Shown here one piece after another: positions 1 to 9,316 of a stretch of DNA of 64,000 bases. Below the pieces are notes generated by a model. It worked only from the letters and a program-made list of their open reading frames with translations. It was not told where the DNA came from and ran no database searches. The DNA is from Thermoplasmata archaeon. GTDB lineage: Archaea > Thermoplasmatota > Thermoplasmata > WALJ01. Positions within the stretch are counted from its first letter, which is position 1. Every line of letters begins with the position of its first letter. The position numbers and the translations under genes are program-made. The stretch lies in NCBI GenBank assembly GCA_027006785.1, contig JALTFR010000049.1, positions 20,581-84,580 on the forward strand. The letters run 5' to 3'.

Positions 1-358
1 ACTCTTCGTACTCCTTAGAGTTCATCAGCCCCTGAGGTTCCTCCTGGATTTCAAGTTTGACTATCCAGCCCTTTCCATAGGGTTCTTGGTTTATCAGCTC
101 AGGTTTTTCTTCCAGTTCGGAGTTCACCTCTATGATCTTGCCGGTCACAGGGCTGTAGACGTCTTCTGCGTTCTTCACTGACTCGAGGGTGCACAGCGCT
201 TCTCCCTGCTCGACGATGACTCCTTTCTGAGGGAGTTCCACATATACTATGTCTGTCATCTCGTCCTGGGCATAATCGGTTATTCCAACGCTCGCTGTTT
301 TGCCCTTTATCTTCACCCATTCGTGTTCCTTCGTATATAGTCTGTCTTCCGGGTTCAT
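1..358 (-). CDS. gcvH: glycine cleavage system H protein, 3' end runs off window start
   Basis: Reverse translation from ATG at 358-356 gives MNPEDRLYTKEHEWVKIKGKTASVGITDYAQDEM...LESVKNAED... with the lipoyl-lysine SVK motif typical of GcvH. The frame stays open to position 1. Table ORF 99..320(-) is in a different frame. Confidence 0.8.
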   Translation of the reverse strand, partial: MNPEDRLYTKEHEWVKIKGKTASVGITDYAQDEMTDIVYVELPQKGVIVEQGEALCTLESVKNAEDVYSPVTGKIIEVNSELEEKPELINQEPYGKGWIVKLEIQEEPQGLMNSKEYEE

Positions 359-392
359 GGTAATCTCTCCGCTTCCGTAATTCACAGAGGGT

Positions 393-399
393 ATAAATC
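393..399. promoter_or_regulatory. TATA-like box TATAAAT in the divergent gcvH/flippase intergenic region
   Basis: tataaat lies 33-40 nt from the gcvH ATG and about 35-55 nt upstream of the flippase starts at 432/453. Confidence 0.3.
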
Positions 400-431
400 C
401 TTTCGCTTTTCGATGAAAAGAATTAAATGGA

Positions 432-1694
432 ATGCTGCGCTCAACACCCCGAATGAAGGACATTCTCCTGAGGAAAGGGCCCTATGCCCTGCTGGACAAG
501 GCCACCGTGGCGCTCATCGGTTTCGTATATATCATCCTCTCAGCCAGGATGATAAGCGAGACGGAATACGGTGCCCTAATGCTGGCCATATCCATCTACA
601 ATTTCCTCATAATATACAGCGATTCTGGGACCGGCAACGCCCTGATAAAGTACGCTGCAGAGGGAAGGGAAAGGGAGAAGGTTCTGGGCACTGCGTTCAG
701 GATAAAGATGCTCTCTGCCCTCACAGTTTCGATTCTCAGCATAATATTCGCTTTCACCCTGCCTTCCTTTTTCCACATACCCGAACTATTTCCCCTGTTC
801 CTATACATGCCTGTCCTGATATTCTCAATGATACTGAACACCTTCTTCAAGCAGGGTCTTCAGGCAGAGTACAGGATAAGGGAGATATTCTTCATAGACC
901 TTCTAGGACTTGCGACCATTTCGCTGCTCTTTCTCATGCTGGGTTACACAGGCATTCTCGATAACGCTCTCTATGTAATGGTCATACTCTCCATCGCAAA
1001 CCTCTCATCCGCATTATACGGGATGAAATTGAGCGGTTACGGGCTTCCGTGGAAGAAGAGTTCGGAATGGCACAGGAAGATAGGCAGGTTCAGCCTCTTC
1101 TCCTCGGCCAGTTCCCTCGGTTCCATACTATACACCCGCACGGACATGATCATGCTGGGCATATTCCTAGGGGCCGCAGGAGTTGCTGCATACAGCTCCG
1201 CATGGGTGCTGGCGAGCGCCGTTTATCTCATACCGCAGGCCGCGTACATGGTGGTCTTTCCGGCAGCATCGAAATTGAGCGTTCAGGGAAGGGAGAAGGA
1301 GATGTCTGCCCTCTACTGGAAAGGTGTTGGATATTCCCTTGCGCTCAGCGTTCCTGCCTCTCTGATACTCATGCTGTTCCCGGAACAGATACTGAACATG
1401 GTATACAGCGGAAAGTACACGGATTCCGCCGATGTGTTGAGGGTTTTAGCTCTCTGGGGCATCATAAGGCCCTTCGGGAACATCACTGGCGCCTTTATAG
1501 ACGGTATGGGAAAGCCCCATGTCAATGCCTCAATCATATGGATGACTGCAGGAGTGAATGTGGTGGCCAACATCATTCTTATACCTCTGTTCGATGTGGT
1601 AGGAGCAGCCTATGCCAGCATAATCTCGTTCCTGATAGGGGTGCCTGTAGGCATGCTGTTTCTGTTCTATCATCTTAGGGGTGAGGTATCATGA
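432..1694 (+). CDS. polysaccharide biosynthesis flippase (MOP/Wzx-like, multi-TM)
   Basis: 420 aa, highly hydrophobic with about 12 predicted TM segments, leading a glycosyltransferase cluster. An alternative in-frame ATG at 453 gives the typical Wzx-like N-terminus MKDILLRKG. Confidence 0.6.
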   Translation: MLRSTPRMKDILLRKGPYALLDKATVALIGFVYIILSARMISETEYGALMLAISIYNFLIIYSDSGTGNALIKYAAEGREREKVLGTAFRIKMLSALTVSILSIIFAFTLPSFFHIPELFPLFLYMPVLIFSMILNTFFKQGLQAEYRIREIFFIDLLGLATISLLFLMLGYTGILDNALYVMVILSIANLSSALYGMKLSGYGLPWKKSSEWHRKIGRFSLFSSASSLGSILYTRTDMIMLGIFLGAAGVAAYSSAWVLASAVYLIPQAAYMVVFPAASKLSVQGREKEMSALYWKGVGYSLALSVPASLILMLFPEQILNMVYSGKYTDSADVLRVLALWGIIRPFGNITGAFIDGMGKPHVNASIIWMTAGVNVVANIILIPLFDVVGAAYASIISFLIGVPVGMLFLFYHLRGEVS

Positions 1695-2809
1695 GGATAT
1701 TCATGGTGGACCCATCGCCTGAAGGAGGAATAGCCCACTACACATACAACCTTGCTAACGCCATCTCAAAATACGAGGAGATAACCCTTTGTGGCCCTTC
1801 GAAATACGAGCTTTCGGATTTTCCAAGGGATTTCGAGCTTAAAGGCGTCTTCGGCTCCTCTTTACCTCTGCATATGGTGGGAAACATACGCAGTTTCCTG
1901 GACACGTCCACAAAGAGGCCGGACATCCTGCATGTTCAGTGGCTGCCATACCCACATATTGATTCTACCGCCATGTTCATGATGAAAAGGTTTTCCCGAA
2001 TGCCTCTGTGTTATACAGCACACAACATACTCCCACACGAGCCGAAGAAAAGGGATATGCATCTTTACGGAAGGATATACAGGGAATCCGACTGCATAAT
2101 CGTGCACTCATCAAAGGACACGGGTTCTCTTGAAAGGATGTTCGGTGTTGACAGGGAGCGCATACGGCACATACCCCACGGAAATTACATCTTTCTTTCG
2201 GAGTATTTCAGGCCGCTGGACATGGCGGAAGCGAGAAAAGAGCTGGGTATCGGGGAGGACACATTCGTCATGCTTTTCTTCGGCCTTATAAGGGATTACA
2301 AGGGTCTAGACATACTTCTGAGGAGCATGGCAAAGGCATTGAAAGAGCGCTCTGAAGATATTTTGCTGATAATCGCAGGAAAGGCCCCCGCGGGATTCTC
2401 GAAATACGACGCCCTCATAAAAGATTTCGGAATAGAGAGGAATGTGATGAGGCACATAAGATACATCGGACTTGAAGAACTGCCGAAATTCTTCTCACCC
2501 AGTGATGTGGTCGTCCTTCCGTACAGAAAGATATATCAGAGCGGCGTTGTTCAGCTCTCCTATGCCTATAGAAAGCCGGTCATCGCCTCTGCGAGCGGAG
2601 GGATAACTGAGGTGGTGAAGGATGGCAGAACAGGCCTTATTGTGAAAGCCGGAGATGAAATGTCCCTCAAAAACGCCATCCTAACGGCATACGACTCAAG
2701 GGAGAAGCTCAAAAGAATGGGTGAGAATGGTTGGAATATGGCAAGGACCGAGTACTCGTGGGACAGGATCGCTAGGAGGACACTGGATGCCTACAGGGAC
2801 CTTGTCTAA
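1691..2809 (+). CDS. glycosyltransferase family 4 (GT-B, group 1)
   Basis: C-terminal region ...SGVVQLSYAYRKPVIASASGGITEVVKDGRTGLIV... matches the GT4 EX7E region. 4-nt overlap with upstream flippase. Confidence 0.7.
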   Translation: MRIFMVDPSPEGGIAHYTYNLANAISKYEEITLCGPSKYELSDFPRDFELKGVFGSSLPLHMVGNIRSFLDTSTKRPDILHVQWLPYPHIDSTAMFMMKRFSRMPLCYTAHNILPHEPKKRDMHLYGRIYRESDCIIVHSSKDTGSLERMFGVDRERIRHIPHGNYIFLSEYFRPLDMAEARKELGIGEDTFVMLFFGLIRDYKGLDILLRSMAKALKERSEDILLIIAGKAPAGFSKYDALIKDFGIERNVMRHIRYIGLEELPKFFSPSDVVVLPYRKIYQSGVVQLSYAYRKPVIASASGGITEVVKDGRTGLIVKAGDEMSLKNAILTAYDSREKLKRMGENGWNMARTEYSWDRIARRTLDAYRDLV

Positions 2810-3954
2810 AGAGCTCTCCGGTATATCTCCACCAGCCTTTCAGTGGACCTTCTCCATGTGAATTCCCGCACGGCCTTCTCTCTTGCCCGCCTGCCCAGTT
2901 CTCTCCGCCTTTCCTCGTCTTTTGCAAGTCCTGTTATTGCATTTGCAAGTTCCTGCGCTTCCCAGGACCTGACGATAACGGCCTCTTTATCGGTGAGCAA
3001 TTCCCTTATGCTCGGAAGCTCTGAGGCTATGATGGCCCTTCCGGCTGCCATATACTCCAGTATCTTGAACGGCGAGAAGCCGAATTCCATGTTCGGATAC
3101 GGTGCGACGGCGATGTCCGCCTCCACAAGTGCGCGTGGAACCTGCTCATGAGGGATGAAGCCGGTGAATACGAGCTTTTTTTCCATTCCGAGAGAACGGG
3201 ACATCTGCCGGTAGGTTTCGATGTCCTCAGCGCTCCCGCCGATTATGAGGGCAGTAATGTTCTCCTTTTTGAGCAGGGACATCGCTCGAACAAGGTTGTC
3301 TATGCCGTGCCAGGGGCCGAGAGCTCCGATGAAGAGGACCATGACGCCTTTTATCCCGTATTTCTCCCTGAGGCCGAGAGGTTCGAGGTCTGGCCTGAAG
3401 AAATCCGTATCCACGCCGTTGGGCACAACACCTATCCGCCCCTCAGGTACGCCGTATCTTTTCCATATCATCTTTTTCAGGGTCTCAGATACCGTGAACT
3501 CGAGGTCGGGGAGGTTCACTATCTTCCGAGTCCACCATTCCGCCAGCCTGACATAGGGCCTCGTTGATGCGATGGGGCTGGTCATGGATTCGGAGCGCAC
3601 CCAGTCGTCATCTATCTGCATCACAGAGGGAACTTTGTATTTCCGCGCCAGAAACGAGCCTATCCCTCCGAAGATATAGCCGCGGTCGTGCACGATATCC
3701 GGTTTTACATCCAGTATCAGCCGTTCCATGGTGAAATAATCATCCATGTTGAACATCACCCTTGCGAGCGGGACATCTCCGGAGAATATGCGGTGAATGT
3801 CGCCATCATAACCCTTTTGGCTCCGTGTAACAAGGTGCACCTCGTGCCCCATATCCCTCAGGTTCCTTACGAATTCCTCCTGATGTATGTTCTGGGCTAT
3901 GGGTTCGCCCATGCGGACGCTGGGGGCATTCATCAGGATTCTGAGGCTTTCCAA
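2806..3954 (-). CDS. glycosyltransferase family 4
   Basis: Has FKILEYMAAGRAIIASELPSIRELL, a GT4 nucleotide-sugar binding motif. Convergent with the previous GT. Confidence 0.7.
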   Translation of the reverse strand: MESLRILMNAPSVRMGEPIAQNIHQEEFVRNLRDMGHEVHLVTRSQKGYDGDIHRIFSGDVPLARVMFNMDDYFTMERLILDVKPDIVHDRGYIFGGIGSFLARKYKVPSVMQIDDDWVRSESMTSPIASTRPYVRLAEWWTRKIVNLPDLEFTVSETLKKMIWKRYGVPEGRIGVVPNGVDTDFFRPDLEPLGLREKYGIKGVMVLFIGALGPWHGIDNLVRAMSLLKKENITALIIGGSAEDIETYRQMSRSLGMEKKLVFTGFIPHEQVPRALVEADIAVAPYPNMEFGFSPFKILEYMAAGRAIIASELPSIRELLTDKEAVIVRSWEAQELANAITGLAKDEERRRELGRRAREKAVREFTWRRSTERLVEIYRRAL

Positions 3955-5048
3955 GCCCTTTCCACCTCCTCCTTCATTTTTGCTATGAATCTCTCCTCGC
4001 TGAAGTCCATCGCCCTTTCCCTCGACGCCTTCTCGAACCTCGACGGGTCATCGGCCACCTTTTTTACGGCCTTTAGGATGTCCTTCACATCCGCTTTCAC
4101 AAGATAGCCTGTCTTACCGTCCATGACGCTTTCCCTGAACCCGCCCTCATTGACCGCCACGACCCCTTTTCCGGCAGCCATCGCCTCGACGGGTGTCATT
4201 CCGAAATCCTCATCCCGCGCGGTGGCGATGAAGCCCTCGCACCCTCCGTACAGCCTCAGGAGTTCCTTCTCTTCCACCTCTCCGAGGAACCTCACATTTC
4301 GGGGAGCGCTCTCCCTTATCTTCCTCGCATATTCGACCGAGTGGTCCCCTTTTCCCACGCCTCCGACGATGTAAAGTCTTTTGTCCGGCATCCGTCTGAA
4401 TGCCTCTATCTGAAGTTCCACCCTTTTTTCAGGGTAAAGCCTGTTCACTGAGAGCCAGAAATCGCCGTATCCGAGGTTCTTATACCGTTTGACATCCACC
4501 GGCGGATATATTACCCTGGCATCCCTGCCGTAGTACTTCCTTATTCGGCCCAAGGTGTTCCTTGAGTTCGTTACTATGTGGTCTATCTCCTTCAGTGACC
4601 TCATCTCTTTCTTCGAATGGCTCTTCACCCATGCCACATATGCGGGCCTTGCGTAGAATGGCAGGCTCTTCTTCGTGTTCTCATACTGGTCGTGGAATGC
4701 CCTCGTGGGGGTGTGGCAGTACCAGATGTTCGGGTGATGGTGCTTCGAGGCGTAGTGCGCCCAGTTCCCGCTGAATATGAAAACATCATAGTCATCGGAG
4801 AAATCGCATTTTGCGAACTTCTTTGTGGCGGACATCTGCTTCATAGGCGACCTTTCAGGGTTGTCTCCCAGCGATATGTACCTAACTCCGCCCCCCAGCC
4901 TTCTGATGACATCCTCATCCATATCGGTGGTGATTATGTCGGCTCCCAGACCCTTCGCCATGATATGGACCAGCTTCTCTCCGCCGCCGGTGACCGTGAA
5001 ATAATCGTGGAAGACCGCTATTCGCATGCATGCACCTTTTATGAGCAT
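3933..5048 (-). CDS. glycosyltransferase family 4
   Basis: Has GFIATARDEDFGMTPVEAMAAGKGVVAVNEGGFRESVMDGKTGYLV, a GT4 signature. Overlaps downstream GT by 22 nt, so same operon. Confidence 0.7.
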   Translation of the reverse strand: MLIKGACMRIAVFHDYFTVTGGGEKLVHIMAKGLGADIITTDMDEDVIRRLGGGVRYISLGDNPERSPMKQMSATKKFAKCDFSDDYDVFIFSGNWAHYASKHHHPNIWYCHTPTRAFHDQYENTKKSLPFYARPAYVAWVKSHSKKEMRSLKEIDHIVTNSRNTLGRIRKYYGRDARVIYPPVDVKRYKNLGYGDFWLSVNRLYPEKRVELQIEAFRRMPDKRLYIVGGVGKGDHSVEYARKIRESAPRNVRFLGEVEEKELLRLYGGCEGFIATARDEDFGMTPVEAMAAGKGVVAVNEGGFRESVMDGKTGYLVKADVKDILKAVKKVADDPSRFEKASRERAMDFSEERFIAKMKEEVERAWKASES

Positions 5049-5113
5049 GGGCGGAGGCTATAAATAAATTTTCACGGAGCAAAGCACAAATAAGCACCGT
5101 ACGATGCCCGTGC

Positions 5114-6148
5114 ATGAAGGTCCCTCTGATGCACTCCCCGAACTTCAGCCTCTACGGCTTCGGGCCGGGTCATCCCTTCGACCCCGAGAGGTTCGACAGG
5201 TTCCCTGAATATCTGAAGGAAAAAGGCGCTGGGGAGCGCTTTGAGATAATCGGTGTTGAAAAGGCGGACTGGGAGATTATAGAAAGCGTGCATGAGCCAG
5301 AATACCTTGAAAGACTGAGGACCCTCGCAAAGATAGGTGGTATGGTATCACCGGACACACCTGTATCCTCATCACTGATCGAAGGTGCGAGGTACATGGT
5401 GAGCGCCGCGGTGAAAGGGATGGATATAGCCATGGAGAACGGTTGGAATGTGATAACCATGGGGGGCTTCCACCACGCAGGCCCGGATTACGGGGAGGGA
5501 TTCTGCATAATCAACGATGTTGCCATAGCAGCGAAGCACGCGCTTTCAATGGGAAAAAAGGTTCTCATTCTGGACATAGATGCGCATCAGGGCAACGGGA
5601 CCATGGACATATTCTGGGAGGAACCGGATGTTCTCTTCATCTCCATACACCAGGACCCGAGGACGATATACCCGGGCAGGGGCTTCATAAGGGACATCGG
5701 AGGCGGAGATGGAAAGGGATACACGGTGAACATACCGATGCCAAGGTTCTCAGGGGACAGGCAGTACGCTCTCGCATTCGAGGAGATAATAGTCCCGATA
5801 AGCGAGCAGTTCGGGGCGGATGTTGTGATAACGAACGGAGGCTCGGACCCGCATTACGACGACCCTCTGACAGACCTTGGGATAACGCTAAAGGGATTGA
5901 ACTATATGGGAAGGATGGCCCGCCGGATATCAAAAGGAAGGCCCATGCTGAACATGCTTGTGAGCGGATACGGAAGGATGACGATGCCCGGATGGTATGC
6001 CCTTGCCGCAGGTTTCTCGGGAATGGAATGGGACGAAGATGACCACTGGGACAGGCCGTCATGGGCAAGGGATGAGAGGATGGACGACCTGACGAAGGCA
6101 ATAACGGATGCGATAAAGAAGGAGCTCAAAGATTACTGGAGTTTTTAG
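5114..6148 (+). CDS. histone deacetylase-family (acetoin utilization AcuC / acetylpolyamine amidohydrolase-like) protein
   Basis: Motifs HHAGPDYGEGFCIINDVAIAA, DIDAHQGNGT and GGGDGKGYTVNIP match the Zn-dependent HDAC/arginase fold. Confidence 0.75.
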   Translation: MKVPLMHSPNFSLYGFGPGHPFDPERFDRFPEYLKEKGAGERFEIIGVEKADWEIIESVHEPEYLERLRTLAKIGGMVSPDTPVSSSLIEGARYMVSAAVKGMDIAMENGWNVITMGGFHHAGPDYGEGFCIINDVAIAAKHALSMGKKVLILDIDAHQGNGTMDIFWEEPDVLFISIHQDPRTIYPGRGFIRDIGGGDGKGYTVNIPMPRFSGDRQYALAFEEIIVPISEQFGADVVITNGGSDPHYDDPLTDLGITLKGLNYMGRMARRISKGRPMLNMLVSGYGRMTMPGWYALAAGFSGMEWDEDDHWDRPSWARDERMDDLTKAITDAIKKELKDYWSF

Positions 6149-6166
6149 GGAAAATTACTTATAGCG

Positions 6167-6583
6167 ATGAATAGATATGGGAATGGTGAGTTACTGAGCG
6201 CATCCGAAATCAATGGGATAAATGGCAATGAGAACGGAACTTACAGCGGTTATGATGCTGGCACAACCCACGCCTTCATCTTCACCCACGCGCCCATAGT
6301 CGGCCACGGAGGGAAGGCAACGCACAACGAGGCAGACGGAACCGACCACGACAGGCCATTTGTAGAATGGCTTAACGGATACAACAACCACCACATAGAG
6401 GGAATATATGTCGAGGCTGTGTTTGTCGGACACACGCATGAGAATTGGATATTTTGTAATGTGACAACAGACAACATGAATAATCCAACAGGCAATGACA
6501 TAGTGCCCTCGGGTATTCCTTTACCCTTCTCGTGGTACGCTCTGTATATTGAAACAACAACCGCTACAAAGCTATACGGGTGA
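6167..6583 (+). pseudogene. metallophosphoesterase-like C-terminal fragment (copy 1 of duplicated cassette)
   Basis: 138 aa ending ...NHHIEGIYVEAVFVGHTHENWIF. GHTH resembles calcineurin-like phosphoesterase motif VI. No N-terminal catalytic motifs are present because HDAC ends at 6148. About 60 nt are identical to copy 2 at 7360-7420. Confidence 0.35.
6385..6445. repeat. direct repeat A copy 1 (about 60 nt, near identical to 7360-7420)
   Basis: caaccaccacatagagggaatatatgtcgaggctgtgtttgtcggacacacgcatgagaa is read directly at both loci. Confidence 0.85.
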
Positions 6584-6587
6584 TTTC

Positions 6588-7352
6588 ATGGACTCTAAAA
6601 AGAGAACTGTGATATTTTCAATATTCGCTGTTATATTAATGCTTTCTGTGATTTCCATTTATACTCAACATGGTGGTGGTCAGAATACGGAAAAAATAAC
6701 TGCGATGGACGGAAAATCTACTGCAGATAAAATAGCAATTGAATGGAACAATTCCGCAACTTTAGTAGGGGGTGGTTTATGTGGAGAAATCGACAATGAA
6801 GGAAAGGCTACTTGCTGGACATTCGCATATCAAAATAACATGAATGGAAACGGAACTTATGAGTTTAATGTCAAAGTCTATGGTAACGGTGAAACTAAAA
6901 CATGGATTCTATGGCTCAATGCACCCACTAGTACCCATAAAATAGAAGGATGGACAATCGACAGCGATGAAGCCTATTCCATAGCCATGAAGAACGAGAA
7001 GATAAAGGCATTTCTTCACAAGTATCCCGATGCCGAGGTCGATAGTTTTTCCCTGCATTCGTCCGGAAATTCCAGCCACCCTGTCTGGAAAATCGAATGG
7101 GTCGATTGGGGCTTCCTCGACAACCCGCACTGGGCCGAGATACAGATAGACGCGACGACCGGAAATGTTCTTTATGTCAACGCAGACCTTACCGGCTCTT
7201 CAATATCAGCGCAGGATGTCTGCATCGGGTTCTCCATCGTGTTTATTGCTGTCATTGCAGTACTGGTTTTCAAAAAGAGAGGAAAGAGCAGGAAGGAAAA
7301 CCCTGATAAAGAAGAAAGAGGATACGAACGGGATGAGAGATATGAAAGATGA
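6588..7352 (+). CDS. bitopic membrane protein, paralog 1 (N-terminal TM/signal anchor, extracytoplasmic domain, C-terminal TM plus basic KE-rich tail)
   Basis: Start MDSKKRTVIFSIFAVILMLSVISIY with a GGTGA RBS 6 nt upstream. The table ORF starts earlier at 6549. C-terminus ...NPHWAEIQIDATTGNVLYVNADLTGSSISAQDVCIGFSIVFIAVIAVLVFKKRGKSRKENPDKEER is near identical to paralog 2. Confidence 0.55.
   Translation: MDSKKRTVIFSIFAVILMLSVISIYTQHGGGQNTEKITAMDGKSTADKIAIEWNNSATLVGGGLCGEIDNEGKATCWTFAYQNNMNGNGTYEFNVKVYGNGETKTWILWLNAPTSTHKIEGWTIDSDEAYSIAMKNEKIKAFLHKYPDAEVDSFSLHSSGNSSHPVWKIEWVDWGFLDNPHWAEIQIDATTGNVLYVNADLTGSSISAQDVCIGFSIVFIAVIAVLVFKKRGKSRKENPDKEERGYERDERYER
7118..7320. repeat. direct repeat B copy 1 (about 200 nt, more than 85 percent identical to 8115-8320)
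   Basis: gacaacccgcactgggccgagatacagatagacgcgacgaccggaaatgttctttatgtcaacgcagaccttaccggctcttcaatatcagcgcaggatgtctgcatcgggttctcc recurs about 997 nt downstream. Confidence 0.85.
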
Positions 7353-7593
7353 GAGAGACAACCACCACATAGAGGGAATATATGTCGAGGCCGTGTTTGT
7401 CGGGCACACGCATGAGAACCATATTTTCTATAATGTCGACCTTTCTTCGCTGGAAGGAGATGATATAAATGATCTCTATTCGCCTTATCTCATATCAAAT
7501 ATATACTTCGATGCGGTAGAAGCAGACCCAGAACACGGTATCTGTAGTTCTCAAGTTTATATAGAAACTAACACTGCAACAAAGGACGGATGA
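7333..7593 (+). pseudogene. metallophosphoesterase-like C-terminal fragment (copy 2)
   Basis: MRDMKDERDNHHIEGIYVEAVFVGHTHENHIFYNV... has the same conserved block as copy 1. It overlaps the 3' end of the preceding membrane-protein gene. The table ORF 7165..7593 shares this frame. Confidence 0.35.
7360..7420. repeat. direct repeat A copy 2
   Basis: See 6385-6445. Confidence 0.85.
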
Positions 7594-8342
7594 AGATGAT
7601 AGAAAAGAAATTCATTGTAGGGGTTGCCGTCGTTGTCCTCATAATAGCCATCATTGTGCTCTCGTCACACATCAATACATTGGAAACTCATGGGATTAGT
7701 GCGGTGAATGCGAAAAATATCGCGGATGAAAGGGCAACGGAAATTAATGAAAGTCTTAAATTATATTCTGTTGTGGGAATAGGAAATTACCTTGACAACG
7801 GAGAATGTGAAGGCTGGATGTTCAAATACAGAAGTGACTCCCACCTATCTGAGAGGGCAGTTATAAAAGTTTGGTGGGACGGAAAAGTTGAATCATATAC
7901 AGATGATTTTAGTACTAAATCGGCATTCATAAAAAATTGGACAATAGATACAACAGAAGCAGTAAGGATTGCAAAAAATGTCCAAGAAATAAAAGAGTAT
8001 TTGTCTAGGTTCGATAACCCATATATAGAGCGTATAGCAATTGTGGGCGAAAACAACAGGACAAATGGATGTATAATAAACATCCAATGGATGGCCGGTT
8101 CCGGTTTTGTTCCCGACAACCCACACACTGCCGAGATACAGATAGACGCGACGACTGGAAATGTTCTCTATGTCAACGCAGACCTTACCGGCTCTTCAAT
8201 ATCAGCGCAGGATGTCTGCATCGGGTTCTCCGTCGTTCTGATTGCCATCGTCGCAGTAATGGTTTTCAAAAAGAAGAGAGGAAAGAACGGTAAGGAAAAC
8301 CCTGATAAAGAAGAAAGAGCATATCAACGGGAGGAGAAGTAG
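7590..8342 (+). CDS. bitopic membrane protein, paralog 2
   Basis: MKMIEKKFIVGVAVVVLIIAIIVL N-terminal anchor and a divergent ectodomain. C-terminal 70 aa are near identical to paralog 1 (...DNPHTAEIQIDATTGNVLYVNADLTGSSISAQDVCIGFSVVLIAIVAVMVFKKKRGKNGKENPDKEER). Confidence 0.55.
   Translation: MKMIEKKFIVGVAVVVLIIAIIVLSSHINTLETHGISAVNAKNIADERATEINESLKLYSVVGIGNYLDNGECEGWMFKYRSDSHLSERAVIKVWWDGKVESYTDDFSTKSAFIKNWTIDTTEAVRIAKNVQEIKEYLSRFDNPYIERIAIVGENNRTNGCIINIQWMAGSGFVPDNPHTAEIQIDATTGNVLYVNADLTGSSISAQDVCIGFSVVLIAIVAVMVFKKKRGKNGKENPDKEERAYQREEK
8115..8320. repeat. direct repeat B copy 2
   Basis: See 7118-7320. Confidence 0.85.
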
Positions 8343-8376
8343 CTTTAGGGGAATATTTGAAAGAATCGTTTCTCCC

Positions 8377-9246
8377 TCAAAACACCGCGAACAGCGGATT
8401 CCCCAGTATCAGCACGAACAGGAAGCCGAGAAGTATGCAGGCGACGAAGGGCACCTTCGGGGTCACCCAGACCTCTGTCAATCCGGCGGAGCGGAGCGCG
8501 TCCCAGGATACTTCGTGGGTCTTTCTCGGGAACAGGGTCCTTTTTACTTCTTCGTCAACCACTCTTACCATTGGCCAGACCTTCCTTTTCTCCGCTTCCT
8601 CGATGCTCATGCGGTAGCCCAGCATCATCTCAGGGAACTGCCTGTTTCCCTTCGCGAGGTTCATGAAAAGGAAGTATATCGGAGTGAGGGAGAGCATGAG
8701 CGAGGCCATGAATAGCACTGAGAAAGAAAAGGGAAGGAGCATCGAGACCGGATACGGCGCATCCCATACGGGAAATCCTGCGATGTGCGGGTAGAACGGG
8801 AACAGAAGGGAGAGCATGACGAGGGCCTTCGCATCTGCACCGCCGTGTATGATGTCCCTGTAGTACATGAAGAAGTAGAGGATGCTTATCAGCACAGCCA
8901 TCGCGCCTGCCTGAAAGAGCACATCGCTGCTGAAATAGAGGAAGCAGTAGATGAACGCCAGGGCCGAGACGATATAGAGCGAAAGGAACCTTATGTCCGT
9001 CTCCCCTGTTTTCAGGTTCAGCACATCCCCGCGCTCCACAAGTGCCTCTATGAGTATGCCTGTCAGTGGAACGAGCATCAGAAGAAGGGCAGGGTTGGAT
9101 TGATACGCTCTGATGCCGTACAGCACGATTCCCGTTATTCCGACAGGCCACCAGACCCACGGAGGGATATGCCTCGTGCGTATATCGTGGTAGGACGCAT
9201 ACAGCAGGGCAAGCACGCCCACGATGGCAGCGATATCATCGTACAC
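8377..9246 (-). CDS. A24-family aspartic peptidase (prepilin/preflagellin peptidase, PibD/FlaK-like)
   Basis: Two catalytic motifs are present: ...LYASYHDIRTRHIP (first Asp) and GGADAKALVMLSLLFP (GxGD). It is a multi-TM protein. The ATG at 9318 would overlap the divergent truA start, so an in-frame GTG at 9246 with AGGAG 10 nt upstream is preferred. The table ORF is 8377..9318. Confidence 0.6.
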   Translation of the reverse strand: MYDDIAAIVGVLALLYASYHDIRTRHIPPWVWWPVGITGIVLYGIRAYQSNPALLLMLVPLTGILIEALVERGDVLNLKTGETDIRFLSLYIVSALAFIYCFLYFSSDVLFQAGAMAVLISILYFFMYYRDIIHGGADAKALVMLSLLFPFYPHIAGFPVWDAPYPVSMLLPFSFSVLFMASLMLSLTPIYFLFMNLAKGNRQFPEMMLGYRMSIEEAEKRKVWPMVRVVDEEVKRTLFPRKTHEVSWDALRSAGLTEVWVTPKVPFVACILLGFLFVLILGNPLFAVF

Positions 9247-9316
9247 GCACCTGCATCTCCTTTCGGTAAATATTCTTTTGCACAAAACCCTTAATAGAGC
9301 ATTCCGATGAAGGCGC

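Noticed and set aside
99-320. 73-aa minus-strand ORF at the window start
   Set aside because: Out of frame with the gcvH reading frame, which translates cleanly across the same nucleotides.
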